Shown: positions 25,149 through 38,029 of the stretch, in pieces | Layout: each line of letters opens with the position of its first letter | How positions within the stretch are numbered: the first letter of the stretch is position 1 | DNA from: Callorhinchus milii | Lineage: Eukaryota | Direction: 5' to 3' | Assembly: GCF_018977255.1 (NCBI RefSeq) | Contig: NW_024704742.1 | Span: 104,782,001 to 104,846,000 of the forward strand | DNA: 64,000 nt | Made by a program: the position numbers and the translations under genes | Notes under the pieces: model-generated | What the model was told of the DNA's origin: nothing | Database searches by the model: none | Seen by the model: only the letters and a program-made list of their open reading frames with translations

Positions 25149-25477
25149 GGACTCCTGTAGTTCAGTGGTTAGAGCGCACGCTTCACAAGCCAGAGACCTG
25201 GATTTGATTCCTGGCAGGGTGAAATGTAGGAACCCGGTTGTTAGTCGATTGAAGGATCACTTTTCCAGGGGTAATAATTCCTTCAAAAAAAAATTATAAA
25301 CTGGTCACTTCAATCCATGGCTGTTTGTGGGACACTGCTGTGCGCAATTGGCCGCTGCATTTCGCCCACAAAATATACAGTCAATTCACTTTACAGCATA
25401 TTCTGTGAGCGCTTTGAGACATCTCGAAGACGATATAAAGCTCTATATTAAATGCAAGAATTATTATTTATCATTAT
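25149..25477 (+). mobile_element. tRNA-derived SINE with internal deletion of most of the CORE-like segment
   Basis: ggactcctgtagttcagtggttagagc head; jumps from gaaatgt to aggaacccgg; Deu-like body and tail present. Confidence 0.9.
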
Positions 25478-26250
25478 AAATACCTCCTGTAAAAAGTGGA
25501 TGTTTTAGGACGTTCAAACATACGAAGAAAAGTAACATCTATTCATACATAACTTGGCAATGTTGTTACTCTGGTTGACCCAGCACTGAAAGCCACTTAG
25601 AAACTACTTCTACAGAATGAATTAAACTGTAATAACATAATAATAATAATTCTTACAGTTGGTATAGTGCCTTTCACATTGGGAGGCAGTTGATGCTTTT
25701 TAGACAAAGCTACACTACATGTTTTCTGATTTTGCTGCACTATTTAACTCAGCTCTTTTTAAATTAGTCTTTTCATGCACAGAATTACATTTTGCAGACT
25801 GGCTTCATCTAATTATACCACAGAGAGCAATTGTTCTGGGTTTGACATCTTTTATTTATTAGTGTAATAAAGTTGGTTATGCAATTGGAACGGAAGTGTT
25901 GATGCTGCTTTTATATTGTGACTAGATTTAATGGTGATAATATTACTCTCAAGTTAACTGATCAGAATGTTTACTGGTCCCTGCTTGAAGAATATGCATA
26001 GTAACATACAATTAATTTATCCCGTTTACCTAGGAACCGATTGATTATGCATATATACGTTACCAAACCCCATCTACAATAATAATACCTCACTTTATGT
26101 TGGTACATTAAATCTTCTCTTTAATACTGATTGTGTGTTATACAGTAAAATGCGTATCTCTTCCAATCTTGATCATAGTCATAGGGTATTTGTTCTGCCT
26201 ATTCCTCAACAGCTTCCTCAGCTCATCCTTGTTTAAGAGGTTTAACATTT

Positions 26251-27791
26251 ACAACAACAACAACAAAATTACATTTGTATAGTGCCTTTCGCATCGGGAG
26301 GACCTCCTAAAGAGACTGGACAATCAGTGTTTCAGACCCGAGCCAGCGGTCGGGATCAGGGACAGCAGTGGGGAAAGGAGGGTGAGCAAAGGCACCCTCA
26401 AGGAGGAGGGTATTGAGATGGATCTTCAAGGAGGCAAGGGAGGGGATGAGGCGAAGGGACTGCGGGATGGAGTTCCAGAGGGCGGGGGCAGAGTGCCTGA
26501 AGGCCTGTCCGCCAATAGTGGCGGGGGGAAGTGAAGCTGGCCGGAGCCCTCTAAGCGGAGGGAGCATGCAGGTTGGTAGGGGGTTAGGAGGTCGCAGAAG
26601 TAGCGGGGAGCAAGGGCATAGAGGGCTTTGAAAGTGAGGACCAGGATCTTGAACTGTCTCCGCAGGATCTCCGCAACATCGCCCAGCTCTGCCACAGTCT
26701 CACACCGCAGGCCATCGAGACCCTCATACATGCATTCATAACATCCTGGCTCAACTACACAAACTTCCTGCTTATCGGCCTCCCCAACTCCTCCCTCCAT
26801 CGGTTGCAGATCATCCAGAACTCTGCAGCGCATTCCCGCACCAGGCTCCATGACCCTATCAACCCCATCCTCGCCCAACTCCATGGGCTTCCCATCACAC
26901 TGAGGATACAGTTCAAGATCCTGGGCCTCACCTTCAAAGCCCTCCATGCGCTTGCTTCGCCCTGCTTCTGCGTCCTCCTAAACCCCCACCAACCTGCCCG
27001 TTCCCTCCGTTCAGCGGATGCTTCACAGCCCCCTCCTTGTCTGCCCCACCATTGGCTGGCGGGCCTTTCAGCCACTCTGCCTCCACTCTCTGGAAGTCCA
27101 TCCAGCAGTTTCTCTGTCTCTCCCCCTCCCTGAAGCCCACCAGCTGCTCCCTGGACCCCATCCCCACCTCTCTCCTTAAATCCCAGCTCCTTGCCCCACT
27201 ACTCGCCGACATCGTTAACTTCTCCCTGTCACCTGGCACTGTTCCTTCCCCTCTTAAAACAGCCACTATCACCCCCACCTTGAAGAAACATTCTCTTGAC
27301 CCATCACAGCTATCTAGCTACCGGCCCATCTCAAATCTCCCCTTCCTATCCAAGGTCCTTGAGAGAGCATCAGCCTCCACACTCTGGAACTCCATCCCAC
27401 GATCCCTTTGCCTCGCTTCCTCCCTTGCCTCCTTCAAGGCCGGTCTCAAGACCCTTCTCTTCGATTGTGCTTTTGGTCGCCCTCCCACCTCTCTGCCTTC
27501 CCTCACCCCTACACCACCTCTCCCCCATGCTCAGGCCCCGACACCTGACTGTTCAGCACTTTGGGACATCCTCCCGACGTGAAAGGTGCTCTATAAATGC
27601 AAAAATCCCCTCCCTTGCCTCCTTCAAGATTGGTCTCAAGACGATCCTCTTTGACCGTGCCTTTGGTCACCTTCCTCCTGCCCTCCACGCTCCCCAATCC
27701 CGATCCCCAGCTCAGGCCTGAAATACTGATGTTCCAGCGCCTTAGGATGTCCTCCCAATGTGAAAGGTGCTAATCAAATGTAATTTGTTGT
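26251..27791. mobile_element. Mosaic of L2 fragments (26251-26656 -, 26657-27130 +, 27131-27366 +, 27367-27602 +, 27605-27791 +)
   Basis: Three L2 tails; ORF 27037..27582 fuses C-terminal sequence to upstream [17 protein letters not shown] and back again. Confidence 0.88.
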
Positions 27792-28128
27792 TCAGAAGCT
27801 AACCTCAACACGTCCAGCAACTTTTAACCCCTGCTAGGCTAGTCATTAAATCAAAAACTCAAGGTCCCAATGTGATCACACTTGAGTTGCACAGGCATCC
27901 TGCTTTGTACAGATACTACCCCAGTTCCTGGTTTTCCCAGCTCCAGGATGATCTTCACTCATTATCTCTTGACTACTTCTGTTACTGTGGTTAAATACAA
28001 TTTCTGCTTATTTTTGCACATATTTTTAACTATATCGGTTACTTTTTAACCCTCAATTCTTCTGGAACATTCGGTTGCTGCTATCAATATACCAATGTAT
28101 CCCAAGGTGATAGTCAATATATTTCAAC

Positions 28129-28960
28129 CAGGCAGAGAAATAGAGTTGGGTGGCGTCATCTGTATACATGTGGAAGTTGATCCCGTGTCTGCAGATGATG
28201 TCGCCAAGAGTGAGCATATAGATATTGAAGAGGAGGGGACCAAGAACTGAGGCCTGAGGAACGCCGCACAAGATGGTGTAGGGCTAGAGGAAAAGCCATT
28301 TGAGGAGATGAAGTGGAGATGGTGTGAGAGGTACAGTTTGAACGGCGAGAGGAAAGGCGGTGGATGAGGATAGAGTGGTCAACGGTGTCAAAGGCAGCAG
28401 AGAAGTCAAGGAGGACGAGGAGGCAGAGGGAGCCCTGGTCACAGATGGACAAAATGTCATTTGTCACTTTGACCAAAGCTGCTTCTGTACTGTGGGTGGC
28501 ACAGAAACCCAATTGAAGGGGTTCGTGAAGGGAATGGCAAGAGAGGAAGGAGTGAAGCTGGGAAGCAAGGACTCGTTCCAGGACTTTGGAAAGGAAACAG
28601 GTTCGACGGGCTGAATGGCCTACTTATGTTCCTATGAAAGGGAGGTTGGAGATGGGGCAGTAATTTGAGAGCAGGGATGGGTCCAGGGAGTGTTTTTAAG
28701 GATAGGAGTGATGGCAGATGTTTTTACAGGGTTGGGAACGGTGCCAGTAACAGGGACAGGTTTATGATGTCTGTGAGTAGGGGGGCAAGGAATTGGAGCT
28801 GGGAGGTGAGGAGAGGGGTAGGGATGGTGTCGAGAGAGCAGATGGTCATTTTCATGTGGGTCATAGTGATGGTGAGAGAGGACGGGGAGACAGGTTCAAA
28901 GGTGTGGAGGGAGGGATGGGTAGGGGCCAGGTGTGACAGGGAGATGGGGAGGGAGTAGTA
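28129..28960 (-). mobile_element. Decayed internal L2 RT fragment carrying a ~45-bp CR1 tail (28594-28635, +)
   Basis: ORFs with [24 protein letters not shown]; insert gggctgaatggcctacttatgttcctatg. Confidence 0.88.
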
Positions 28961-29315
28961 GTCGGGGTATTTAAACCCATACAGAACAGTTCACTGCTCC
29001 CAGTCCATAAAATTGATATTAATTTTACCATCAGGTGTGAAGTTTACTCATATCTCTTGACTTCAGTTGTTATGAATTATTTATTTCTCTAGTGTAACAC
29101 GGTTGTGGAATTTCTAGAGATGCAGTATTATTATTATTATTATATTATTGTATCCAATTGACACAACAAATATTTTCTGTTCTTTAGAGATGTTCTTGAA
29201 GAACCTTTTCTCACTGCATCCCTCCTCTCACCTACTCTTCAAAAGAGAAATACTTTACAGTATATTTTGTGAAGCATGTTGAGACATCAAGAAGACGTAA
29301 TAAAGCGTTATATCG

Positions 29316-29584
29316 TAATTAGACATTAATCCACTCTCATCCTAAATTCAGCAGGTAATTTCCATTGAAAATAATGTAAATTATTTTTAAAAAGCTCTGG
29401 GTGGAAAAGGAGTAAGCATTTAAATAAAATTAAAAACCAAAAATGTAAAACATATGCAGTAAATCGCCAAATAAAATCTTTGTTTTGATTTTAAAAGTAT
29501 TATGTATTCTAGATTGATATTTGGCTGTTTTCAAACTTACTCTGTACACACCATGAAGGAGGAGAGTGGATTAATGTCTAATTA
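29316..29584. mobile_element. MITE-like element with 28-bp terminal inverted repeats
   Basis: taattagacattaatccactctcatcct (29316-29343) matches the reverse complement of 29557-29584 at 27/28; AT-rich non-coding interior. Confidence 0.6.
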
Positions 29585-30851
29585 TGTTTTTTCAGATGCT
29601 AGCTCACTGGCATAGGAATTCTTGGGATAATCAGTTTTATAAGATATGCTGAGTATGTTAATTTCAATTTTAAAAAAATTCAAAAATTTATTCTGTAGCA
29701 AACAAAAAAGTGAATTTTGGGGAGAATTGCTTATTTCTAATGAAATAACAGACTAACGAGGGTATTTTCAAATTATTTATTCCATCATTTTTTTTGGTGG
29801 GGAGAGAGAAATCACACTGTTAGTGTACAAAGACTTAACTTGGGATGTTTGAGGAAGTTATTATTAAGTTAATTGGTATGATGTTCTATGAGGAATTGTG
29901 TGTTTGTGCATCACATTCAGTTACCATAGCCAGTAATATTGTGGTCCACACTCCCCACAGAGTGTGCTGAATGATGTTCTCACAATACGTGCAATTGCAG
30001 TTTGGACACCTGTCCTTTTAAGCGTACTTAAACTCATAGATAGACACAAGCACAAACTAAACCCTCCACCACTGGAGACTTCACTGATGCTCCCATTTGA
30101 GTATAGAGTTGCATATGGCAACTGGTGCCCTCAACTTTGCCAGTCTACACCAGCTAGTCTTATGTCTCAGATGCTCCAAAACTTAGCAAATAAATATTTG
30201 TTAGGGTAAAATGTCCAGGCAATTAGTTTGGGCTATAACATGTCTGAATGGATGAAGAGCACGACAGGTGTAAATCCATACATTCATCACCGGCAAGTAC
30301 ATTGCTTATACCGCTGAATGTAAGGGAACCCTAAAATCTATTGACACATTTAGACATGCATTACAGGAGTAAATCCATTCATTGCCTATACGTTCATCAC
30401 CGGACAGCCCAGTGTACCCATATATGAGCAGTTTGTGGAGGAGGAAGGTGATTACCTTGTTCTGTGTGCCTGGCCTAGGGAACCCACCTAAAAACAGCGT
30501 GGCACCACATGAGCACATTGGGGGAAATGAAGTCTTTCCCTGTACTTTGAGATTGACGGCTGACTCCACCTCCAAAACAACAACAGATTCACTGAGTTGT
30601 AAATCAGTTTTGCACATTGTAATTATACCTAAGCAAGTGACTTTTAATGACTGACTGCACTAGCTCAGCTTCCCAACTGCGCTTGTGCTTAGAACAAAGC
30701 TTCCTGGTAGTTGTGCCCTCGAGAAAGGTCTTGAGATACATTCTCCAGGCAATGGTATTCTGCTGGACATCACTTTGGTATGAAGTACAATACTAACTGC
30801 TGTTTGATTTGTTTATAACCCTGAATGCAAGGGAACCCTAAAATCTCTAAT

Positions 30852-31775
30852 CTTGTCTAAGTTCAGCTGAAGGAAATTTGCGCCCATCCAGCTCCTGAGG
30901 TCTGACAGGCAGGCTGACAGAACATCAGGGGACTGGGGGTCACAAAGAGAGGTGGAAAAATAGAGTTGGGTGTCGTCTGCGTACATGTGGAAATGTACCC
31001 CTTGTCTGCGGATGACATCCCCAAGAGGAAGCATGTAGATCAGAAAGAGGAGGGGGCCACGGATGGATCCTTGGGGTACCCCACAGGTGACCGGGTGAGA
31101 GCGGGAGGAGAAGCCGTTTGTGCAGATGTACTGCTGGCGGTTTGTGAGGTAAGACTCGAACCAGGCGAGTGCAGTCCCACTGAGGTGGATGACAGAGAAA
31201 AGGCGGTGGAGGAGGATGGTGTGATCGACTGTGTCGAACGCAGCGGAAAGGTCCAGGAGGACAAGGAGGCAGAGAGAGCCCTGGTCACAGATAGAGAGGA
31301 TGTCGTTTGTGACTTTCACAAGCGCAGTCTCTGTACTGTGGGCAGGGCAGAAACCAGACTGGAGGGGTTCAAAGAGGGAGTGGGAAGAGAGGTGTGCGCG
31401 AAGTTGGTTGGCAACAATGCGTTCTAGGACTTTTGCGAGGAATGACAGGTTAGAAATGGGGTATTTGTGTCCCATTAAGGGGACGAGGGATTTGAAGGTG
31501 GAGGAGAGGCGATCATGGAGCACCTGGACGGCTGCTTCAGGATCTCTGTGGGTGGAAGGCCAGAGGGATAGGATATTTGATGATGCGAGGGCCTTTGTGA
31601 GGGTCTCAGTGGGTAACCTTTTCTAAGGGCAGTAGAGGATGGTTGAGGGCTTGGTGGAGGAGAGAGGGATGTGAGAGGAGAAGGAGATGAGGAAGTGGTC
31701 CGAGATGGCCTTGTCCATTATGCTGAGGTCGGAAATGTCAAGGCCGTGGGTGATGACAAAGTCAAGTGCATGACC
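30852..31775 (-). mobile_element. L2 internal fragment (second subfamily) with large deletion between EN and RT
   Basis: ORF 30813..31523 with QSGF, DLSAAFD, GVPQG, YADD; similar to 18390-19450. Confidence 0.93.
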
Positions 31776-31777
31776 AG

Positions 31778-32534
31778 AGAGTCAGAGAGACACACACTCA
31801 CATACAGACACACACACAGAGACACACACATACAGACACGCACACATATATACTGACACACACACACACAAACAGACACACACACACAGACACACACACA
31901 CATACAGACACACACTCACATACAGACACACACACACACATACAGACACACATACACACACACTCACATACAGACACACACACTCACATACACACACACA
32001 TACAGACACACAGACACACACTCACACACTCACATACAGACACACACTCACATACACACACACACACAAACAGAGACACACACACACTCACATAGACACA
32101 CAAACTCAAATGCACACACATACAGACACACATACACACACACTCACATACAGACACACACACTCACATACACACACACACACACACAGACATACAAACA
32201 CACACACTCACATACACACACACACACTCACATACACACACACACACACACTCACATACAGACACACACACTCACATACAGACACACACTGTCACATACA
32301 CACACACAATCACATACAGACACACACACACAGAGACACACACTCACATACAGACAGACACACACACACTCACATACAGACACACACACATATAGACACA
32401 CACTCACATACAGACACACACTCACATACACACACATACAGACACACACATAGACACACATTCATATACACACACTCACATACAGACACATACTCACATA
32501 CACATACAGACACACACACATACAGACACACGCA
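31778..32534. repeat. Complex (CA)n/(TG)n microsatellite with higher-order cacactcacatacaga units
   Basis: About 750 bp of near-alternating CA directly visible. Confidence 0.98.
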
Positions 32535-34044
32535 TTTTTTATGTTATTTTGGAATGATGGGCAGAGGAACACATCCTAAGTTTAAACACCAATTCTTTCT
32601 GAAAGCTCAGATCAAGTGTTTGCTCACTCAAAAATAAAATCTCTTGGCTACAGTGTATAGAAGACCATTTTTTAAATTTAGGATTGTCCAGAATTTTGAA
32701 ATGTTCTTCAATTAAATTTTAATTTGGAGTTTTAAGCGGTTTCTTTTTTTTCCAGAACTCTGGAAAATTAAAATGGGGTTGAAAATTTTTCCACAATTCC
32801 GCACCATTGTGAAATTTAAGAAAATGGCCTTAAGGTTAAGATTGTGAGAGTTGTTTTCTTTTAAAACAAATAAAATTTATTGCAGCATAAATTAATAAAT
32901 ACAATCAGGTAGAAATTACATTTACATGAGATGGAATATTCTGACCCAAAGCAAAAATATTTAGAATTGAAAAGATAATTTATCAAGTTCTGCATTTTAG
33001 CACTTTTAACTTCCTCAACATAAAAATGGAAACTGGTCTATAAAAAGATTGTTTTTGATTACAGCAGTGATTTTCAGTGAACAGTACATCAAACAGCTTC
33101 GCCACACATTATTCTCACATGATACACATCCATTAGATAATTAGGCCACACTCCTTTATTTTTCAGGAAATAAAACTTTCAGCTAATGGTGTGCCCTTAG
33201 AGATTCGGTGTCTGCATTTTAAACACCATTATCCCAAACTGAATTGCAGTGGATAATGTATAGAGGTTGAAATTCTGAAAGCTAGAAATATCAAATGCAA
33301 GTTGGAAGGACTACGAGATGGAGAGCAGGGAAAGCTTGACACTTATGGCTTGAAGGCTACGACTATGAGAAATGTTTCACCTTAGTACATGTGCTTAATA
33401 AAACAACTCCAATATTAAATGACTTTCCTTGTATTTTGATACTACTTGTTTTGGATCTGCTTTCTTTACATGTAGAATACACAGAACAACTATCTTGGTT
33501 TTATTGCTGTCTCCAAATGTTCCACTGCTCTTCAGGCTTAATTCCAACAGTGATAACTTTAGCTCGGACAGAATATTTCCCCTTGTGCCCAACTATCCAA
33601 AAAGCTTTGAGTCCGAGTTGGGAGCCTCAAATGTAAATGTAAAAGACTTGGTTATTATTTCAAGCTTAAAATAGTTTGAGATCAACCCTTCCAGCGACAA
33701 GCTGCAGGCATCTCTATTCACAGATTCATCAAAAATATTTCAGAACATTGTAATATCCATGCTTCGAAGATTGAGGAGGATTTTCTGATTTCAACAATAT
33801 TTACTGTTATACCCAGATTTACCCACAAGAGGTGTCAGCTCGGCATCTGATAAATTGTGTTTAAATTAATTTTGGATAAAGGTTTCTCTATTACAAAGCA
33901 AATAGATGTGAAGGAATTACTCATAAGTTTGCACAGTTTAATAAAGAATAATGAATTCTTGATAAAAACACAATTTTAGTTAGAAACAACTTTGTTGGAA
34001 ACTTTCTTTCAGATGTCGGAACTTTGAAGTTATATCCTATATGT

Positions 34045-34675
34045 TGATACTGCAATGCAGTCCTGGGGTGTTACATTGTTCTAGGTGCTATCCTACAGAT
34101 GAGATATTAATCAAGTGAACTTTCAAGATCCCACGACACTGTTCAAAAAGAGAAGGGGGGTTTCTCCCAGTGTCCTGGACAACAATCCCCCAATGCAATT
34201 TGCCATTCACTTAATTTAGGAACATAGGAAAATAGGACCAGGAGTAGGCCATTCAGCCCCTCAAGCCTGTTCTGCCATTCTATAAGATCATGGCTGATCT
34301 GGACCTCAACTCCAATTATCCGCCTTTACCCCATATCCCTTGATACCCTGACCTAACAAATATCTATCCACCTCAGCCTTGAAAATTTGAATGGATCCAG
34401 CATCCACCATCTTTTGGGCAAGAGAGTTCCAGATTCCCACTACCCTATGTGTGAAAAAATGCTTCCTGATTTCAATCCTAAATGGCCTAGTTCTAATTTT
34501 AAGGTTAATATTAATCACTGTTCGTGGGAAAATTCTGTGCACAATTCAGCTGCCACATTTGCTTACAAAATATACAACCACTACACTATACAGTATATAC
34601 TGTGAAGCTCTTTGAGACATCCTCCTGACGTGAAAGGCACTATATCAAATGTAAGGATTCTGATTTATTATTACT
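34045..34675 (+). mobile_element. Deu-domain SINE interrupted by a CR1 fragment
   Basis: SINE body at 34045-34215 (gatcccacgacactgttcaaaaagagaaggggg) resumes at about 34515 (cactgttcgtgggaaaattctgtgcacaatt) and ends in an L2-type tail. Confidence 0.75.
34218..34507 (-). mobile_element. CR1 LINE 3' end
   Basis: ORF 34306..34542 FRIEIRKHFFTHRVVGIWNSL; tail gggctgaatggcctactcctg..ttcctatgttcct. Confidence 0.9.
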
Positions 34676-36136
34676 AAGAGGAATAGACTATCATGCAGAA
34701 AATTTATCTTTATTTTGTGTCTAATTAAAAATCATATTTGTTGCATAGCTTCCAAAATCTGTATGAAAAAAAGTCAAATACGACAGATAGGAACGTGACA
34801 GAGCATGCTGATAGGTCTCATAAAACCTTAGTGTGCCACAGGGGAGATAACTGAGCTCTTTGTTCAAGTTATTCCAGGCAGGATACTTTATCATTGCTGT
34901 GGGTCAAGCATTTTTCAAATTTATTGGTCCACTTGTGTGGTGTAAGCATAAAGAATACTTCACTGGTAAATGAAAATTCTTTCCACATATTGAGAAGACA
35001 CTGTCCAGCTGAATAATGTTGAAGCTCTGCTCTGCATTAGAATGAGGGACTTAAAGACCGAGAAAATGAAAGCTGTTAAAGGGAGATTGTTTTTAATCTT
35101 TCCAAAGCATTCAGTGTGGAAGTATTAGCAAGAAAGGCACGGCAGGGCTGTCGTGAAGTTGCTTGTCACCTCATCCTGATCCATGATCCTTGAAACCTAA
35201 AGACATTTGCTAAAAAATGAACAAGCAAATCACTTACTGTAATAAATTGAGAAGTCCACGAAAGCTAACCATTGCTGCAACAGTGCAGCCTCCTATATTA
35301 GTGCAGACATGGGGTTGCATGATTGTGAACTGCCATCATTACTAAATAGGTGAACTTCATAGCAAACATTTATTTTGACAGTTGTGAGTTTAGAAATTTC
35401 AGAAAAGTAACTGGGCATTTTAATTGCACTGCCCAACATTCACAAAATTGTATCTGTGAAGGCAAAAGAGTGTGAGAATGATGCATGCTTTAATATATTG
35501 CAATATAATCTTAATCTAACCACACCCTTCCATCAGAAGAATCATAACTTCAGTTACTGAGAAACTGATTATTGAGTCCAAAATACTCAAGATGATGTGT
35601 TTTTATAACTAAGGTTCACAATAATTAATTAAGGATATTTGACACTCATTAGGAGTCCAATTTCTAACAGGATTTCTTAATATAGAAACTGGAAGTGTGT
35701 CATGTCATCTCATACGAACTCTGAGCAAATTTCAGACATTAGGCCTTGAGGTGAGGAATGCACTTCTGGCTTCTTTATTGAGGAATCATTTAAAGACATT
35801 TGCAGCATGTTTGAATTTAATACCTGACTTTCACAGTTCCTATCGATTGCATTTTAATAAGCTTCACATATAGCTTCACATATAGCCAGTCATTTCATTC
35901 CGTTAATGTGAAGAGTAGTAACAAGCCAAATGAGCCTCACAGGCAATAATGTTTTTAATGTGGTGGAGTTAAGGAGTATCAGAACTCTCAATAAGAGATG
36001 TCTCTGAGATGAAAGGGTGGTACAGCTTAAAAAGGATACAATGATCCTGGAAAAGCTTTGAACGTATGGTCAGGTGAAGGAACTCCACGATAAGCTCAGC
36101 TCAGCTCATGTTCAATGGGGTTAATACAGGACTTGT

Positions 36137-36459
36137 GGAGTCCTGTAGCTCAGTGGTTAGAGCACTCGCTTTGCAAGCGAGAGACCTGAGTTCAATTCCC
36201 GGCAGAGGGCGAAACCTTGGGTAAGTTTCCTTACTCCACACAGAGCCTAATAATAATCCCTCCAAAATAATAAATTGGTTATTTTCAATCTACGACTGTT
36301 TGTGGGACATTGCTGTGCCCAATTGGCTGCCGCGTTCACCCACAAATATACAGTCAATTCACTTTACAGTGTGTTCTGTGAAGCGCTTTGGGACGTCTCC
36401 GACGTGAAAAGCGCTATATCAAATGCAAGGATTATTATTATTATTATTATTATTATTAT
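36137..36459 (+). mobile_element. Young full-length tRNA-derived SINE (short form)
   Basis: ggagtcctgtagctcagtggttagagcactcgctttgcaagcgagagacctgagttcaattccc (box A, TGC anticodon-like loop, box B); CpG-rich; long (ATT)n tail. Confidence 0.95.
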
Positions 36460-36714
36460 GCTGTGCAAATGAAGAGATTTATATTGCCTGGATATGCGAA
36501 AGACAGCCCACTCAATACCAATCTTAATGCCAACATCCTCAACAATCTTCCAGATCATAGCTTTCAACTGCTGGTTAGCGGGATCATGGTTCACAGGGGA
36601 GACCATTCTGAGCATTGTCTTTACAAGCTTCCCTAACAAATTACAAACTCTAGTGTTCAGTAAGCGCAGGTGTTTGTAAATTCATATTTCTTTGATTAGG
36701 CGGGCATCATGTTG

Positions 36715-37190
36715 AAACTCATCACCATGTTTAAGGGTATCCAAACCAGACTGAGAGTTCCACATATGTATGTCACCTACACATGGAAAATTCCTCTGTG
36801 TCTGGAATTGAGTAAGCACTCCATCCCCCCTGTACCTAGCTTCCCCCCTCCCCAATCCAGACCCCAGCTCGGGTCCGAAACACTGACTGTCCAGCACCTT
36901 GGGATGTCCTCCCGACATGAAAAGTACTATACAAATGTAATGTTGTTGTTGTTGTTGTAGCTTACCGAGTCCCAGAAAATAGCAGCTACAGGTTTGTAAG
37001 AGCTAAGGCTTAGAGACCTCAGAGGGTGTATTGGAGTCCAACCTGCTGAAACCGCATAGCTTGTCATTGAAAGCACTAACTAGAAAGCTTCCCACGACCA
37101 GCTTTATCCAGCTAGGATCACCCTATCTGTTAGGATATTGGTTTGCAGTGGAATAGGCGCAGGTGGGAAAAGTCCCTCTTCCCAGTAACT
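36715..37190 (-). repeat. Unclassified repeat copy 2, interrupted by an L2 3' tail (36822-36958, +)
   Basis: catcaccatgtttaagggtatccaaacc and tccagctaggatcaccctatc match copy 1; the insert ends in (TTG)n. Confidence 0.8.
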
Positions 37191-38029
37191 TCATAGAGAG
37201 AGAGAGCAAAGATGCTATCTGATATAACATTCTGTTTTCATCTAAATAAAAGCTGATCTTGTTCATGTAATACAGTGTAACAATGACATTTCACACTCCA
37301 ACCAGCACTGCGAAATTAAATACATGTTCAATTATAAACAAAATGACCATGAACTGTCTTCACGGAAGCACTCAATGTTGTTTGCACCACTGAGGTGTCA
37401 GCGTCTGACATTTTCTTTTCTTCTGCCGTTCATTTAACAGAAACGAACAAACAAAAAAACCCCAAGGGTTTTCCAAATCTAACTTAATTCCATCTGTCAC
37501 ACATTTATTGTCTTTCAGAAATTATTTTTTTCTGAGCAACACAAGTAGTCCCAATAAAAGCACTAACTTTATTACATTTTTTGTAAAGTCGGTCAAACAT
37601 TTATGTATTTTTGGTTTGAAGTGTTGTGGCAGAATTCTTTATTCCCACAAGTACACATAGACAGTGGTATTTCACAGCACTCATGGGTATGTTGTTTTCA
37701 ACAAGCAAAAGCAATTGAAGAACCCTGACCTCATCTTAAAAGGTCACTCCCTGCAATTTATCATAATAATTACTACTGAAACAACAGAAACTGAAATTGG
37801 AGAAAGGCTACATTCACTTTTGATAATTCCACGTGACTAATAATAGAGCTGTCTGGAGCATCTTTTTATTGTTGATCATTGAGCTAGGTTGTGTGATGAT
37901 AATGTACCAAGCTGAAACTCCTTGATCTAACAACATTGAGCTCTTTATCATTGACAGCTGTTGGGCCCAATATAAATCATCCTTTTCTAACATCCTGTCT
38001 GCATGTTGTCTGTTTTTTGCCAACAGTTG

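Noticed and set aside
26251..27130. Twin-priming 5' inversion of one L2
   Set aside because: The two oppositely oriented pieces overlap by over 200 bp and are diverged, so they are separate copies.
31671..32637. His/Thr- and Cys/Val-rich ORFs
   Set aside because: Translations of the (CA)n microsatellite.
36137..36210. tRNA-Ala(TGC) gene
   Set aside because: It is a SINE head: no proper acceptor stem, and it continues into the SINE body in many copies.
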